Assembly: GCA_035286865.1 (NCBI GenBank)
Contig: DATECO010000170.1
Span: 1 to 32,997, forward strand
Source: Nitrospiria bacterium
Lineage (GTDB): Bacteria; Nitrospirota; Nitrospiria; DATECO01
DNA: 32,997 nt
Reading direction: 5' to 3'
Shown: positions 11,756 through 21,444 of the stretch, piece by piece
Layout of the letters: each line of letters opens with the position of its first letter
How positions within the stretch are numbered: the first letter of the stretch is position 1
Made by a program: the position numbers and the translations under genes
Notes under the pieces: generated by a model
What the model saw: the letters and a program-made list of their open reading frames with translations, nothing else
Databases searched by the model: none
What the model was told of the DNA's origin: nothing

Positions 11756-11828
11756 CTAGCGGATTCGAGCGCTGGCCCGCCTGAGGCGGGCTGGCCCGAA
11801 GGGCCGCGATAGCGCAAGAATAATTTGT

Positions 11829-12263
11829 TTATCGCTCCACACCCACGTCCAGGGCCTCACGCTCCAAGACCTGAGTCCCTGCGAGTTCATCTCCGATCCT
11901 CAAGCCCAGTCCATTACCGATAATCAGCAACCCTTCAAAGGCAAATATGGCTCCGGTAAGGAGCCAACCCACATAGGGGATTAAAAACAGGAAATAGCCC
12001 ACGGCCAATGGAAAATTACGAATGATAGACTCCCTGAAGGTACAGACGGACCGTGTGGCCGGTACAAAAGTCTGAAGCCCGATCAGCCACTTTCCTAGGC
12101 TTTTCCCCTGGGGAAAGCCATCGGCGATGAGAAGATACATCATCCCTGCGATAAAACCGATCCGGGGTGTAATCTCATACAAGCCGGCCACGATCAGTAA
12201 GTCGATAAACTTGGCAATGAACCTGTTGAGAGCACTTGCCTTGGGAAACAGATTTTCGGGCAT
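11829..12263 (-). CDS. RDD-family small membrane protein
   Basis: 144 aa. N-terminal NRFIAKFIDLLIV followed by GKSLGKWLIGLQ, which is RDD-domain-like. Three hydrophobic segments. Confidence 0.6.
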   Translation of the reverse strand: MPENLFPKASALNRFIAKFIDLLIVAGLYEITPRIGFIAGMMYLLIADGFPQGKSLGKWLIGLQTFVPATRSVCTFRESIIRNFPLAVGYFLFLIPYVGWLLTGAIFAFEGLLIIGNGLGLRIGDELAGTQVLEREALDVGVER

Positions 12264-12452
12264 TAAAACTGAGGCCTCGGCCCTTCATCATTACGGATCA
12301 ATGGACTCATGAATACATACCAACTTCTTATTATAGGTGAAAGTCCGGTTTTTTTCAACAGACCTAATGGCTCCAACCCAGATTGATTTTTTCCCCCGTC
12401 TGCAGTAAAATTAAAAATTAATGTTGATGCTGTCAATCAGAGGGGGTCAAGA

Positions 12453-13157
12453 ATGCTCAAGCTATTGAGAAAAGGGGCCATTGAGAATGTCTGGTTTTAT
12501 CGGATTATCATGATTGTGATTTCACTGGCCTTTGTAATCACAATGGGCTGGTGGGGTTTTCAGGGTTCCTCGGCACAACCTGTTGTTGCCAGGGTGGGTG
12601 ATGTCCCTATTACTCTTGAACAATATCAACAGGCCTACGACGGCATGTATAAATTTTACCGTGATCTTTTCAAGGAGAAATTCAATGAAGACCTTGTCAA
12701 ACAACTGGACCTCAAGAAAACCGCAATTCACAATCTCGTCGAGAAACAGCTGTGGCTCTTGGCGGCCCAGCAAATTGGAGTAGAGGTCACTGATCAGGAG
12801 CTATCAAATTTTATCGTTCGGCAACAGGCCTTCCAGCGTGAAGGGAGGTTTAATCCAGAAGTGTACCGCCGGGTACTGGCGCTCAACCGTTATACCCCTG
12901 AGGTCTTTGAGCGGCTGCAAAGGGATGACCTAGCCGTAGAAAAGGTGAAAGTCCTTCTCAAGGCCTCAGTCACCGTGACAGACATCGAATTACAAGAGAT
13001 TCAGGCCCAGCCTAACTTCCCGCCCGCGACCGCCCCACCAGCAAATCAGGAGCATCTGCAGGGCCTGCTTCTGCGTAAGCAGCAGATGGTCCTGGAGACC
13101 TACCTCAACTCCTTAAGGGCGCAGATCCCGATCTCAATCGATGAGAAGATGCTCTAG
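12453..13157 (+). CDS. SurA N-terminal-domain / PpiD-like periplasmic chaperone without a PPIase domain
   Basis: 234 aa. N-terminus MLKLLRKGAIENVWFYRIIMIVISLAFV (signal anchor), followed by a helical chaperone-like region typical of PpiD/SurA N-domains. No rotamase motif is present. Good SD (AGAGGGGG) before the ATG. Confidence 0.6.
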   Translation: MLKLLRKGAIENVWFYRIIMIVISLAFVITMGWWGFQGSSAQPVVARVGDVPITLEQYQQAYDGMYKFYRDLFKEKFNEDLVKQLDLKKTAIHNLVEKQLWLLAAQQIGVEVTDQELSNFIVRQQAFQREGRFNPEVYRRVLALNRYTPEVFERLQRDDLAVEKVKVLLKASVTVTDIELQEIQAQPNFPPATAPPANQEHLQGLLLRKQQMVLETYLNSLRAQIPISIDEKML

Positions 13158-13200
13158 GATATCCTGAGGAGTTTTACATTCTGCGGCAAGCGATCCTAAT

Positions 13201-13767
13201 CTAATTGAGGAGGATCTTCTTGGCCCACAGATGACTGGGGAGCCGCAGACGATCTAGGTCATGGCGTATGTAGGCTAGTCCCAAAACACAGAGTTCAAAG
13301 TGCTCGGAGAGCTTTCTAAAGAGGGGCGCAAACTTTCGAAAGTCGCTAGACACAAACTCCGAGACAATCCGGTAGGACCACTTTCCCACCTTCGTATAAT
13401 CCATCAACACGTCCGGGTGGGAGATCAAGCTTGACGTCTTAACGCGTTTGAGATACTCAGGGAAGATTCCCATCATAAACAAGGTGTAATCACCGATATG
13501 TCGGTAGGTCTCTCTTTCCCGCTCCCTGGTCCCAGCAAGGGTCTGGTTATCGCCCTCTAACAGCATCTCCGCTACCTCTTTCAACTGCTTCCCAGAAGCG
13601 CTCTTGAGTCGGTACAGATTCTCGATATGAATAAAGTCGACGAGGAGGTCCGAAATATATTTAATAACGTGGGCATCCGGCCAGCCCAGGCATTCATAAA
13701 AATTTTTTTCGGTGAGTGCCCCGAAGAGTTTTCTCAAAGAGTGTTGATCTGAAATGGGTACAGTCAT
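13201..13767 (-). CDS. Hypothetical protein, 188 aa, no motif recognised
   Basis: Clean ORF with its own sigma70-like promoter. Predicted soluble and helical. No family recognised by eye. Confidence 0.5.
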   Translation of the reverse strand: MTVPISDQHSLRKLFGALTEKNFYECLGWPDAHVIKYISDLLVDFIHIENLYRLKSASGKQLKEVAEMLLEGDNQTLAGTRERERETYRHIGDYTLFMMGIFPEYLKRVKTSSLISHPDVLMDYTKVGKWSYRIVSEFVSSDFRKFAPLFRKLSEHFELCVLGLAYIRHDLDRLRLPSHLWAKKILLN

Positions 13768-13812
13768 GGGAGATCTGCTCCTGCAGATTGGGATTAAGCT
13801 ATTTTCTTATAT

Positions 13813-13841
13813 ATTATAATCGGTATTCAGGATTTCGACAA
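13813..13841 (-). promoter_or_regulatory. Sigma70-like promoter TTGTCG-N17-TATAAT for the 188-aa ORF
   Basis: On the minus strand, -35 is at 13841-13836 and -10 at 13818-13813. The spacer is exactly 17 nt, and the site lies about 45 nt upstream of the ATG at 13767. Confidence 0.45.
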
Positions 13842-13899
13842 GGCTGTCTTCGAGAGGGTCTGGCTTATCCAGCCTGAACACAGAAAAAGTAATGGCTTG

Positions 13900-14811
13900 C
13901 TATTCTATGCCGATCGTGTCCAGGGGGAGTTTCATCAACGAAAGGGGATTGACCCGTGCCCCATTAATTCGCATGCCCCAGTGCAGGTGAGGTCCTGTGG
14001 CCCTCCCCGTAGCCCCTACTCGGCCAATGGTCTGTCCCTTAGATACTTGTTGGCCTTCCTTCACCCTCACCTCGGAGAGATGAAAGTAGGTCGTGAATAG
14101 GCCTAAACCGTGGTCGACCACAATGCTCTTCCCACTGAAGAAGAAGTCCCCTGTCAACTTCACAATGCCGTCGTTAGAGGCGGCAATCTCCGTTCCCTCC
14201 GGGGCATAGATATCCTCACCACTGTGGGGGTTTCGTGCCTGACCGTTAATGACTCGCTTGAGGCCGAAGGTTCCGGCCATCTTTCCCTCGACCGGAATCA
14301 TGAATTGACCTCTCCAGAGTTTTTTCGCGGTAACACCAGAAAGATTTTCTATCATCTGCTGCTGCTCTGCCTCTACCCGTTGCAAGGTTTCTTCATCCAA
14401 GTCCACGCTCTCCCTGGGGAGGGTGAGTTGCTGAACTCCGAATTTGGCTCGATGAACTTTGAGTCGGTAGCGTCGGACGGTCCGTGCCTTTGAACCCTCC
14501 AGCACCTGGACCTTCAACTCTTCCTGGGCCGGTCCATCGGCTAGGTCGATGCCGATCAATCCCCCATATCGGCCCGCAAGGTCGATTTTAAAAAAAGGGA
14601 TTGTATGATCGCGGAATTTTCCCAATACTACAGGATCCGGTTCTTTTACGTTTACCGTTACAAACAAAATCTCCCCGGCTTTAGCCTCTAGAAGGGAGCG
14701 AGGGTCTGACTTCGCCAGCGCCAAAAGCGGGTGAATGATCCCGTCGGACCCTCCGATCCATAGAAGGATAATACCTACGAGGGCTGCAGATATGAAACGG
14801 CGCCTCAACAT
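13900..14811 (-). CDS. M23/LytM-family peptidoglycan metalloendopeptidase (exported)
   Basis: 303 aa. N-terminal signal peptide. LytM catalytic motifs HSGEDIYAP (HxxxD) and GPHLHWGMR (HxH). Starts 18 nt after the pafA stop. Confidence 0.88.
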   Translation of the reverse strand: MLRRRFISAALVGIILLWIGGSDGIIHPLLALAKSDPRSLLEAKAGEILFVTVNVKEPDPVVLGKFRDHTIPFFKIDLAGRYGGLIGIDLADGPAQEELKVQVLEGSKARTVRRYRLKVHRAKFGVQQLTLPRESVDLDEETLQRVEAEQQQMIENLSGVTAKKLWRGQFMIPVEGKMAGTFGLKRVINGQARNPHSGEDIYAPEGTEIAASNDGIVKLTGDFFFSGKSIVVDHGLGLFTTYFHLSEVRVKEGQQVSKGQTIGRVGATGRATGPHLHWGMRINGARVNPLSLMKLPLDTIGIE

Positions 14812-14829
14812 ATTGGGGTAATCGCTGTG

Positions 14830-16215
14830 TTATCGGCTAGAGACGGCAGAGCCGGAGAGGAGTTCGTCCACCCTTTTGTTGGTCGAGGAGAAAGGGTCCA
14901 TGCAGAGGATGGTCTCCTCCCAGTATCCATTTAATTTCAGATAGGTCCAGTCCACGGTATAGGAACGGTTTCTTTCCTTCGCGAATTTGATGAAGTCCCC
15001 CCTCACCTTAGCTCGGGTAGTCTGGGGAGGGGTGGTCATTGCCCTTTGGATATCATCCTCCGAGACGATCCTTTCAATCATCTCCTGCTCAGTCAAGAGG
15101 TAGTAAAGCCCGCGGGTCCGCTTAACATCGTGGTACTGAAGATCCATCATGGCGATCCTGGAATCATCCCACCCACAGCCTTTTTTTTCCATGTAGGATA
15201 ACATCAATTCTTTCTTCGTGACCCAGTCTATCTGTGCCGAGTTTTGCATGGGATCTTCTTCCATCTTGTCAAGCGCATCCTTCCACTTTTCCATAATGTC
15301 CTGCACCTCCTCATCCTCATCGAGACTCGTCTTGGTGATATATTCATCCAGGCGCTCTAAATAGATACGTTGCACCTCTATTCCGGTTAACTCCCGGCCA
15401 TCCTCCATCTTCACTCGGCGCTTCAGCGTGGTATCTCTTGAAATTTCCCGGATAGCCCGGACAGGATCCTCCAGTTCCACCCCCGACACGAAGGATCCAT
15501 CCTCGATCATGGAGAGGATGAGGTTGGTGACCCCCACTTTGAGATAAGTCGCGTATTCAGACATGTTGGAGTCCCCCACAATGATATGCAGGCGCCGATA
15601 TTTTTCGGCATCTGCATGGGGTTCATCCCGAGTGTTGATAATGCTCCGGGAGGAGGTGGTCGATGAGGAGGTCTTCTCATGGATATGCTGGGCCCGCTGA
15701 GACAAGAAATAGTGGGCCTTGCCGGACACTTTGAGCACCTTCCCGGCGCCAGCATAGACCTGCCGGGTCACGAAATAGGGGATGAGTTGCTCCGTCAACT
15801 TCCAAAAATCGAGGTCCCTGCGCATCAGATAATTCTCGTGACACCCGTAGGTATTGCCCATGGAGTCGGTGTTGTTCTTAAAGATATAAATGTTTCCCTC
15901 CAGCCCTTCTTCTCGCAGCCGTTTTTCAGCGACAGGCAGGCAGGCCTCTAAAAGGCGCTCTCCGGCCTTGTCATGGACCACAAGATCGAAGAGGTTGTCA
16001 CATTCTGGTGTGGCATATTCGGGATGACAGCCGGTATCCTGGTAAAACCTTGCGCCATTGATGAGGAATGCATTGGAGGGCCAACTATTGGGAATGAGGC
16101 CTTCAAAGATATAGCCCAGGATCTTTTCCATGGGCAGGTAGACCCGTCCATTGGGGGAGAAGATTAACCCATACTCATTTTCCAGGCCATAGATACGAGG
16201 TTTCATCGCCTTCAT
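14830..16215 (-). CDS. pafA: Pup--protein ligase PafA
   Basis: Glutamine-synthetase-like Pup ligase/deamidase family. N-terminus MKPRIYGLENEYGL...FLINGARFYQDTGCHPEYATPEC resembles mycobacterial PafA and lacks the Dop loop. Located downstream of prcA, as in actinobacteria. The track start is 16230; ATG 16215 sits one nt after the prcA stop. Confidence 0.85.
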   Translation of the reverse strand: MKAMKPRIYGLENEYGLIFSPNGRVYLPMEKILGYIFEGLIPNSWPSNAFLINGARFYQDTGCHPEYATPECDNLFDLVVHDKAGERLLEACLPVAEKRLREEGLEGNIYIFKNNTDSMGNTYGCHENYLMRRDLDFWKLTEQLIPYFVTRQVYAGAGKVLKVSGKAHYFLSQRAQHIHEKTSSSTTSSRSIINTRDEPHADAEKYRRLHIIVGDSNMSEYATYLKVGVTNLILSMIEDGSFVSGVELEDPVRAIREISRDTTLKRRVKMEDGRELTGIEVQRIYLERLDEYITKTSLDEDEEVQDIMEKWKDALDKMEEDPMQNSAQIDWVTKKELMLSYMEKKGCGWDDSRIAMMDLQYHDVKRTRGLYYLLTEQEMIERIVSEDDIQRAMTTPPQTTRAKVRGDFIKFAKERNRSYTVDWTYLKLNGYWEETILCMDPFSSTNKRVDELLSGSAVSSR

Positions 16216-16216
16216 C

Positions 16217-16909
16217 TTAAGACTCACCACTCTTCTTTATCAGTTCACTAATTTCTTCAGGTATAAACCGCTTAAACTTCCTCCCCTGTCTGGTTCGATC
16301 CAGGGCCGCCACCTCTAGGCCATTGGCATTGATGGCCTGATTGGTTACTCCCCCCAGGGCCTCTATAGAAAGCTTCAGCACCTCTGTCACTCCAGAGGCA
16401 CCCTTGTAGTGCTCCTTGAGAAAGATTATCAGGGCCTCCGATCTCCCGCCGATGACGGTAAATCCCTTCTCGTCATAGATGCTTCCATCAAATGTGATCC
16501 GGTAAATCTCATTGGGGTGGTCCTGTTCCCCCAATCCCACCACCAGGATTTCCACCTCCAGGGGTTTGACATCCTGGCTGAAGCTGGTTCCCAAGGATTG
16601 GGAGTAGGCATTCGCCAAGGACCTGGCCGTAACATCCTCACGGCTGTAAAGATATCCCTTGAGATCAGCATGCCGAATGCCTGCCTTCCGGAGGTTTTCG
16701 AATTCGCTGTATCTGCCCGCCCCTGCAAAGGCAATGTTGTCGTAGATCTCCGAGATCTTATTGAGCGCGCTGGGATTGTCAGCCACCAGTAGGATTCCGC
16801 TGCTGTACTCCATGGCAATGCTGGACCGACCCTTGGCAATGCCTTTCTTAGCATACTCGGCCTTGTCCTGCATGATCTGTTCTGGTGAAACGTAATAGGG
16901 CAGAACCAT
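16217..16909 (-). CDS. prcA: 20S proteasome alpha subunit
   Basis: 230 aa. N-terminus MVLPYYVSPEQIMQDKAEYAKKGIAKGRS, typical of bacterial PrcA. TAATG overlap with prcB. Confidence 0.92.
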   Translation of the reverse strand: MVLPYYVSPEQIMQDKAEYAKKGIAKGRSSIAMEYSSGILLVADNPSALNKISEIYDNIAFAGAGRYSEFENLRKAGIRHADLKGYLYSREDVTARSLANAYSQSLGTSFSQDVKPLEVEILVVGLGEQDHPNEIYRITFDGSIYDEKGFTVIGGRSEALIIFLKEHYKGASGVTEVLKLSIEALGGVTNQAINANGLEVAALDRTRQGRKFKRFIPEEISELIKKSGES

Positions 16910-17739
16910 TAGGCCACACGCCTCCTCTCTATAATGATGTTATAAACTTGCTTGATCCTCTGCTCATCCACATCCTGGATGCCCTGGCGGGTCACCATCT
17001 TGATCGTGGGATAGATCCCGCGGATGAGGTCAGGACCGGCTGTGGCCACGTCTTCTTCAGAGGCATCGTAAAGCGCCTCTAAGGCCAAGGCAACCGCCTC
17101 ATCCTCTGTCATATCACGTTTATAAGACTTTTTCATGGTGTTGCGGGCGTCCTTCCCGCCGGAACCGGTTGCATAGTATTCTGTCTCTTCGTACCGGCCT
17201 CCTGTAATATCATACTTAAAAATCCGCCCTTCTTGGCGTTTTAGGTCATAGCTGACAAAGATAGGAATTACAATGAGACCCTGCACGGCCATCGCAAGAT
17301 TGGCCTTCACCATCTGACCCAATTTATTTGCCTTTCCATCTGTGGAAAGTTTTGCGCCCTCTAGCTTCTCGTAGTGCTCAAGTTCAGTCTGAAAAAGTCT
17401 GGCGAGTTCGATACAGGGGCCCGCCGCTCCGGCAATAGCAATGGCTGAGTACTCATCCGCCTTATAAACCTTTTCGATTCTCCGGGCCGACACCTGAAAG
17501 CCCTCCGTAGCCATACGGTCTCCTGCGATGATGGCTCCGTCCCCGTGACGAAGGGCCAGCACCGTGGTTCCCCTGGGGATTAACGGGGGTCGCTCAAAGG
17601 ATTCGCTTAGTGTCGGTTCTGCCTTCAAGAACTGGAGTGGGGGAATACCCGATTTCTGGACCTGCAGCAGATGGGGATAATGGGAGGAGAGATACTCAGA
17701 GAAACTAGAGGTTTGATCCTCGAGAGGAAATGCACACAC
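16909..17739 (-). CDS. prcB: 20S proteasome beta subunit with propeptide
   Basis: 276 aa. A propeptide of about 56 aa, then LIPRG|TTVLALRHGDG, the Ntn-hydrolase catalytic Thr. GTG start immediately after the pup TAG. Confidence 0.92.
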   Translation of the reverse strand: MCAFPLEDQTSSFSEYLSSHYPHLLQVQKSGIPPLQFLKAEPTLSESFERPPLIPRGTTVLALRHGDGAIIAGDRMATEGFQVSARRIEKVYKADEYSAIAIAGAAGPCIELARLFQTELEHYEKLEGAKLSTDGKANKLGQMVKANLAMAVQGLIVIPIFVSYDLKRQEGRIFKYDITGGRYEETEYYATGSGGKDARNTMKKSYKRDMTEDEAVALALEALYDASEEDVATAGPDLIRGIYPTIKMVTRQGIQDVDEQRIKQVYNIIIERRRVA

Positions 17740-17940
17740 CTACTGTCCTCCTTTTTGAACGTAGTTCTTCACAAACTCCTCGGCGTTTTCCTCCAGAACA
17801 TCATCGATCTCGTCCAATAGCTTGTCGATATTTTCCTTAATCTTTTTGCCTTTTTCGATCACCTCGGGATTAGCGCTCACATGATCATCACGCTTGCCCG
17901 GTTCACGCCTCTTGTCCTTCTTTTGGTCCTGTCGAGCCAT
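17740..17940 (-). CDS. pup: Prokaryotic ubiquitin-like protein Pup (C-terminal GGQ)
   Basis: 66 aa. Disordered basic/acidic N-half, helical Mpa-binding segment DKLLDEIDDVLEENAEEFVKNYVQKGGQ, ending in Gly-Gly-Gln. Confidence 0.9.
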   Translation of the reverse strand: MARQDQKKDKRREPGKRDDHVSANPEVIEKGKKIKENIDKLLDEIDDVLEENAEEFVKNYVQKGGQ

Positions 17941-17964
17941 ACCCTTTTCTCACCCCCTTTATAT

Positions 17965-18073
17965 GTGGGGACCCATGCTAGGATTCGTTAACCGTTCTAC
18001 GTTAAACGTTAATCGTTCTGAAACTCCCACGATTAACGAATCACGATTCACGAATAACGTCCCATGTCCCCAC
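17965..18073. repeat. Dyad-symmetric element with two inverted arrays of 7-nt-phased CGTT / AACG repeats (dop-pup spacer)
   Basis: CGTT begins at 17986, 17993, 18000, 18007 and 18014. ACG begins at 18029, 18036, 18043, 18050 and 18057. A 10-bp perfect apical stem pairs 18007-18016 with 18029-18038 around a 12-nt loop. An 8-bp basal stem pairs GTGGGGAC 17965-17972 with GTCCCCAC 18066-18073. Confidence 0.8.
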
Positions 18074-18131
18074 GCCCCGCGCTCTCCGCCTTAGGCAGAG
18101 TGGCCATCCGTTTTAGGCGGACAAGCCCTTG

Positions 18132-19613
18132 CTAAGACACAATCTGCTCCAAAAGCTCATCCACCGTGGAGGATTGCTCTAAGATGCTCCCCACCAGTTC
18201 CTGGTTCCCCTTGAGGGGCTCCATGAGGGGAACCCGCTTGATAGTGGTATTGCCAATATCAAAGAGGACTGAGGTCCAGCTTGCAGCATAGACCTCCTTG
18301 GGAAACTTTTTAAGACACATTGCTCTGAAGTAGGCCCGTGTGTCAGAGGGGGGGACCTCCCGTGCGCGAACAACATCATCCTGGGTCACAATGGTCTCCA
18401 CATAGTTGCCTCGTTCCAGGGCGTAGTAGAGTCCACGATCCAGCCGGAGGTCGTGGTACTGTAAATCCATTAACGAAATCCTGGGGTCGTCCCAACCACA
18501 CCCCTTCCTCTTCATATAGGAAAGCAGGAGTTCCTTCTTGATGATCCAGTCCAATTCACGAGAGAGCTGCATGGGTTCCTCTTCGAGCCTATCCAGGACA
18601 TGACCCCATTTACCCAGCACATCCCGCGTTATCTCATCGGCGCCACGTGAAGCGCAGTACTGCGCGGCGGCATTGAGATACTCCCTTTGAATCTGGATGG
18701 CGGTGAATTCCCGTCCGTCCCGGAGCTTAACTCTACTTCTTAAGCTGGTATCCCGGGAGATTTCTCGGATAGCCCGGATGGGATCCTCCAGCTCTAGGTG
18801 GGGAATCCCGTGGCCCTCCTCCAGAAGGGACAGAAGCAGCATCATGGTCCCCACCTTAAGATAGGTTGAATATTCCGACATATTGGCGTCGCCCACGATA
18901 ATATGCAGCCTGCGATACTTCTGCGGATCGGCGTGAGGTTCATCACGGGTGTTCATGATCGGGCGTTTCACCATGGTGTTGAGGTCTGTGATCACCTCAA
19001 AGAAATCGGCCCTCTGTGAAATCTGGTAGGAGGTGGCTTCGGTCCGATTCTCCGCACCCACCTTCCCCGAGCCGGTGTAGATTTGGCGGGTCACCAGGAA
19101 CGGGACAAGAACCTCCACAAGGCGCTCGAAGGGCAGTGACCTTGAGACCAAATAATTTTCATGATAGCCATAACTATTGCCCTTACCATCCGTATTATTT
19201 TTATAGACGAGAAACCGGTCAGGTCCGCCCCGCAGCCGGCTGGCCACCTCCCGGCACAGATCCATGATTCGTTCCCCGGCCTTTTCATAAGCCACGAGGT
19301 CGCGGGGATTGGTACACTCCGGTGTGGAATACTCCGGATGGGCCCCATCCACATAAAGGCGGCCCCCGTTGTGAAGGAGCTTATTGAGCAGCTTATTGTA
19401 TTCTGGCCCGGGTCTCTCCTTTTCCCCCTCCACCTCAAAGCCCCTGGCATCCAGTAATGGATTTTCATTCTCATAGTCCCAGATGGCATGGTTCGAGGGC
19501 AGGTGAGGATAGCTGTTAATCAGCAGGATGGAGTTGGACACGGGGTCCTGCGCCGTAAGGTCTTTGGTAGTGATCCCGAATTCGGTCTCTGTCCCTAGGA
19601 CTCTCTTGATCAT
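18132..19613 (-). CDS. dop: Pup deamidase/depupylase Dop
   Basis: 493 aa, same fold family as PafA. It carries the Dop-specific loop [17 protein letters not shown] (compare mycobacterial Dop WDYEVESPLRDARGF). Lies between arc and pup, with an ATGA overlap onto the arc stop. Confidence 0.87.
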   Translation of the reverse strand: MIKRVLGTETEFGITTKDLTAQDPVSNSILLINSYPHLPSNHAIWDYENENPLLDARGFEVEGEKERPGPEYNKLLNKLLHNGGRLYVDGAHPEYSTPECTNPRDLVAYEKAGERIMDLCREVASRLRGGPDRFLVYKNNTDGKGNSYGYHENYLVSRSLPFERLVEVLVPFLVTRQIYTGSGKVGAENRTEATSYQISQRADFFEVITDLNTMVKRPIMNTRDEPHADPQKYRRLHIIVGDANMSEYSTYLKVGTMMLLLSLLEEGHGIPHLELEDPIRAIREISRDTSLRSRVKLRDGREFTAIQIQREYLNAAAQYCASRGADEITRDVLGKWGHVLDRLEEEPMQLSRELDWIIKKELLLSYMKRKGCGWDDPRISLMDLQYHDLRLDRGLYYALERGNYVETIVTQDDVVRAREVPPSDTRAYFRAMCLKKFPKEVYAASWTSVLFDIGNTTIKRVPLMEPLKGNQELVGSILEQSSTVDELLEQIVS

Positions 19614-21379
19614 AAATAGTGCCCTGGGCTGATGTTCTCGATCTGGCGAGAATCGGCGGACTTGCCACCCATCGTGCGTGCGTGGACGATCTTCTCACCT
19701 TTGCGACCCGCGATCCTGGCCCAGTCATCGGGATTAGTGGTGTTGGGTAAGTCTTCATGTTCCCTGAACTCATCTCGGATGGCGCGGATTAAATCTTCAG
19801 CTTTGATTCCCTTTTCGCCCATCGAGATCGCGCGCTTGATGGCATATTTTTTGGCCCGGGCCACGATCCCCTCGATGAGCGCACCGCTGGAGAAGTCCTT
19901 AAAGTAGAACATCTCCTTTTCACCATTGGCATAGGTGACCTCCAGGAACTTGTTCTCATCCGCGGTGCTGTACATCTCCTCCACAGTAAGACCGATCAGG
20001 CGCTGCACCATCTGGAGGCGATTGCCTTGTCCCTGGGCAAGCTCATCCGCGTGATAGGGGAGGTCTTCCGTCAGGTACTTGGAGAAAATCGCATGGGCTG
20101 ACTTCTTATCGGGGCGTTCGATCCTGATCTTTACATCGAGTCGCCCTGGACGGAGGATGGCAGGATCAATGAGATCCTGGCGGTTACTGGCCCCAATCAC
20201 AATGACGTTTCGCAGCCGTTCAACCCCATCGATCTCGGAGAGAAACTGAGGGACGATGGTCGATTCGACATCCGATGAAATCCCGGTCCCGCGGGTCCTG
20301 AATAGGGCATCCATTTCGTCAAAAAATACAATAACGGGCAAACCCTCCTCAGCCTTCTCCTTGGCCTTTTTGAAGACTTCCCGGATCTGCCGCTCGCTCT
20401 CGCCTACATATTTATTCAAGAGCTCGGGTCCCTTGACATGTAGAAAAAAGCTGCGGATATCCTTGCCGGTCCGGCCTGCCAGTTTTTTTGCAATAGAGTT
20501 GGCCACCGCCTTGGCAATCAGCGTCTTGCCACATCCCGGAGGCCCGTAGAGCAGGATCCCTTTGGGAGGAAGCAGACGATGTTCTGCGAAAAGATCCGGA
20601 TGGAGAAAAGGAAGCTCCACCGCGTCCTTGATCTGCTCGATCTGCTCATCGAGGCCACCGATATCCTCATAGGTCACATCAGGCACCTCCTCCAGGACTA
20701 CCTCTTCTACCTCTGACTTCGGGAGTTTCTCCAAAAGGTATCCCGATCGGGGATCAAAGAGCAAGTGGTCTCCCACACTCAGTTTCTCTTTGAGCAAGGG
20801 ATCCGCCAGTTCGGCCACTCGTTCTTCGTCCGCCCTGAGCGTCACAATGGCCCGGTGATCTCCCAGGAGGTCCTTGAGACGAACCACCTCACCCTGCATG
20901 TCAAAGTCGCAGGTCTCCACAGCATTGAGGGCCTCGTTGAGGATGAGCTGCTGGCCTTTTTTTAAGGTATCAATCCGAATCTCAGGATGGAGGTTGACCT
21001 TCATTTTCCGGCCCGCGATGAACACATTCACCGTGCCATCCTTATTCCCGCTCGAAAAAATGGCATACGTTGAGGGAGGTGCAGTGAGCTTTTCAATTTC
21101 CAGTTTGAGGGCCTCGATCTGGGCCTTGGCCTCCTGCAGAGCCGAAATCAGCTTCTCGTTCTGCCGGTAGGCCTGTTCCAATTGTGTCCTGGATTGCCGA
21201 AGATCGCGGGCCTCTTCCTCCAGGGACTTGATCTGCACCCTCAACTTTTCGATCTCCCACTCATACTCACGAGTCTTTTCTTCAGGGGAGGGATTCCCCC
21301 CGGACAGCTGGTCAGAAAGTTTTTTCATCGTGCTCCTGAAAGGATTGAGCCTGCCCTGATTTTTTTTAGATTCCCCCAT
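19610..21379 (-). CDS. arc: Proteasome-associated AAA+ ATPase ARC/Mpa
   Basis: N-terminal coiled coil, OB domains, Walker A GPPGCGKT, Walker B IVFFDEMD, and C-terminal ...GHYL (proteasome-docking YL tail). The track start is TTG 21403. ATG 21379 has AAGGAG 5 nt upstream. Confidence 0.93.
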   Translation of the reverse strand: MGESKKNQGRLNPFRSTMKKLSDQLSGGNPSPEEKTREYEWEIEKLRVQIKSLEEEARDLRQSRTQLEQAYRQNEKLISALQEAKAQIEALKLEIEKLTAPPSTYAIFSSGNKDGTVNVFIAGRKMKVNLHPEIRIDTLKKGQQLILNEALNAVETCDFDMQGEVVRLKDLLGDHRAIVTLRADEERVAELADPLLKEKLSVGDHLLFDPRSGYLLEKLPKSEVEEVVLEEVPDVTYEDIGGLDEQIEQIKDAVELPFLHPDLFAEHRLLPPKGILLYGPPGCGKTLIAKAVANSIAKKLAGRTGKDIRSFFLHVKGPELLNKYVGESERQIREVFKKAKEKAEEGLPVIVFFDEMDALFRTRGTGISSDVESTIVPQFLSEIDGVERLRNVIVIGASNRQDLIDPAILRPGRLDVKIRIERPDKKSAHAIFSKYLTEDLPYHADELAQGQGNRLQMVQRLIGLTVEEMYSTADENKFLEVTYANGEKEMFYFKDFSSGALIEGIVARAKKYAIKRAISMGEKGIKAEDLIRAIRDEFREHEDLPNTTNPDDWARIAGRKGEKIVHARTMGGKSADSRQIENISPGHYL

Positions 21380-21444
21380 CGTGTCTCCTTTCCGCCGGCC
21401 CAAAATAAAGGTTTCAGAATCTCATGCGAGATCCTTATAATTTT

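Noticed and set aside
13156-13165. 10-bp palindrome AGGATATCCT between the convergent SurA-N-like gene and the 188-aa gene, considered as a bidirectional terminator
   Set aside because: A loop-less 10-bp palindrome gives at most a 3-4-bp stem, and there is no flanking U-tract on either strand.
17986-18059. Heptad repeat array as a CRISPR array or a coding repeat
   Set aside because: The period is 7 nt with no spacers of CRISPR size. Stops occur in all frames. The overlapping plus ORF 17894..18094 and a 19-codon minus ORF have no support. It is kept as a non-coding structured repeat instead.
18088-18120. CCGCCT...AGGCGG inverted repeat just after the dop stop, considered as a terminator
   Set aside because: The stem is only 6 bp with a 21-nt loop, and no T-tract follows on the transcribed strand. 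The evidence is too weak.
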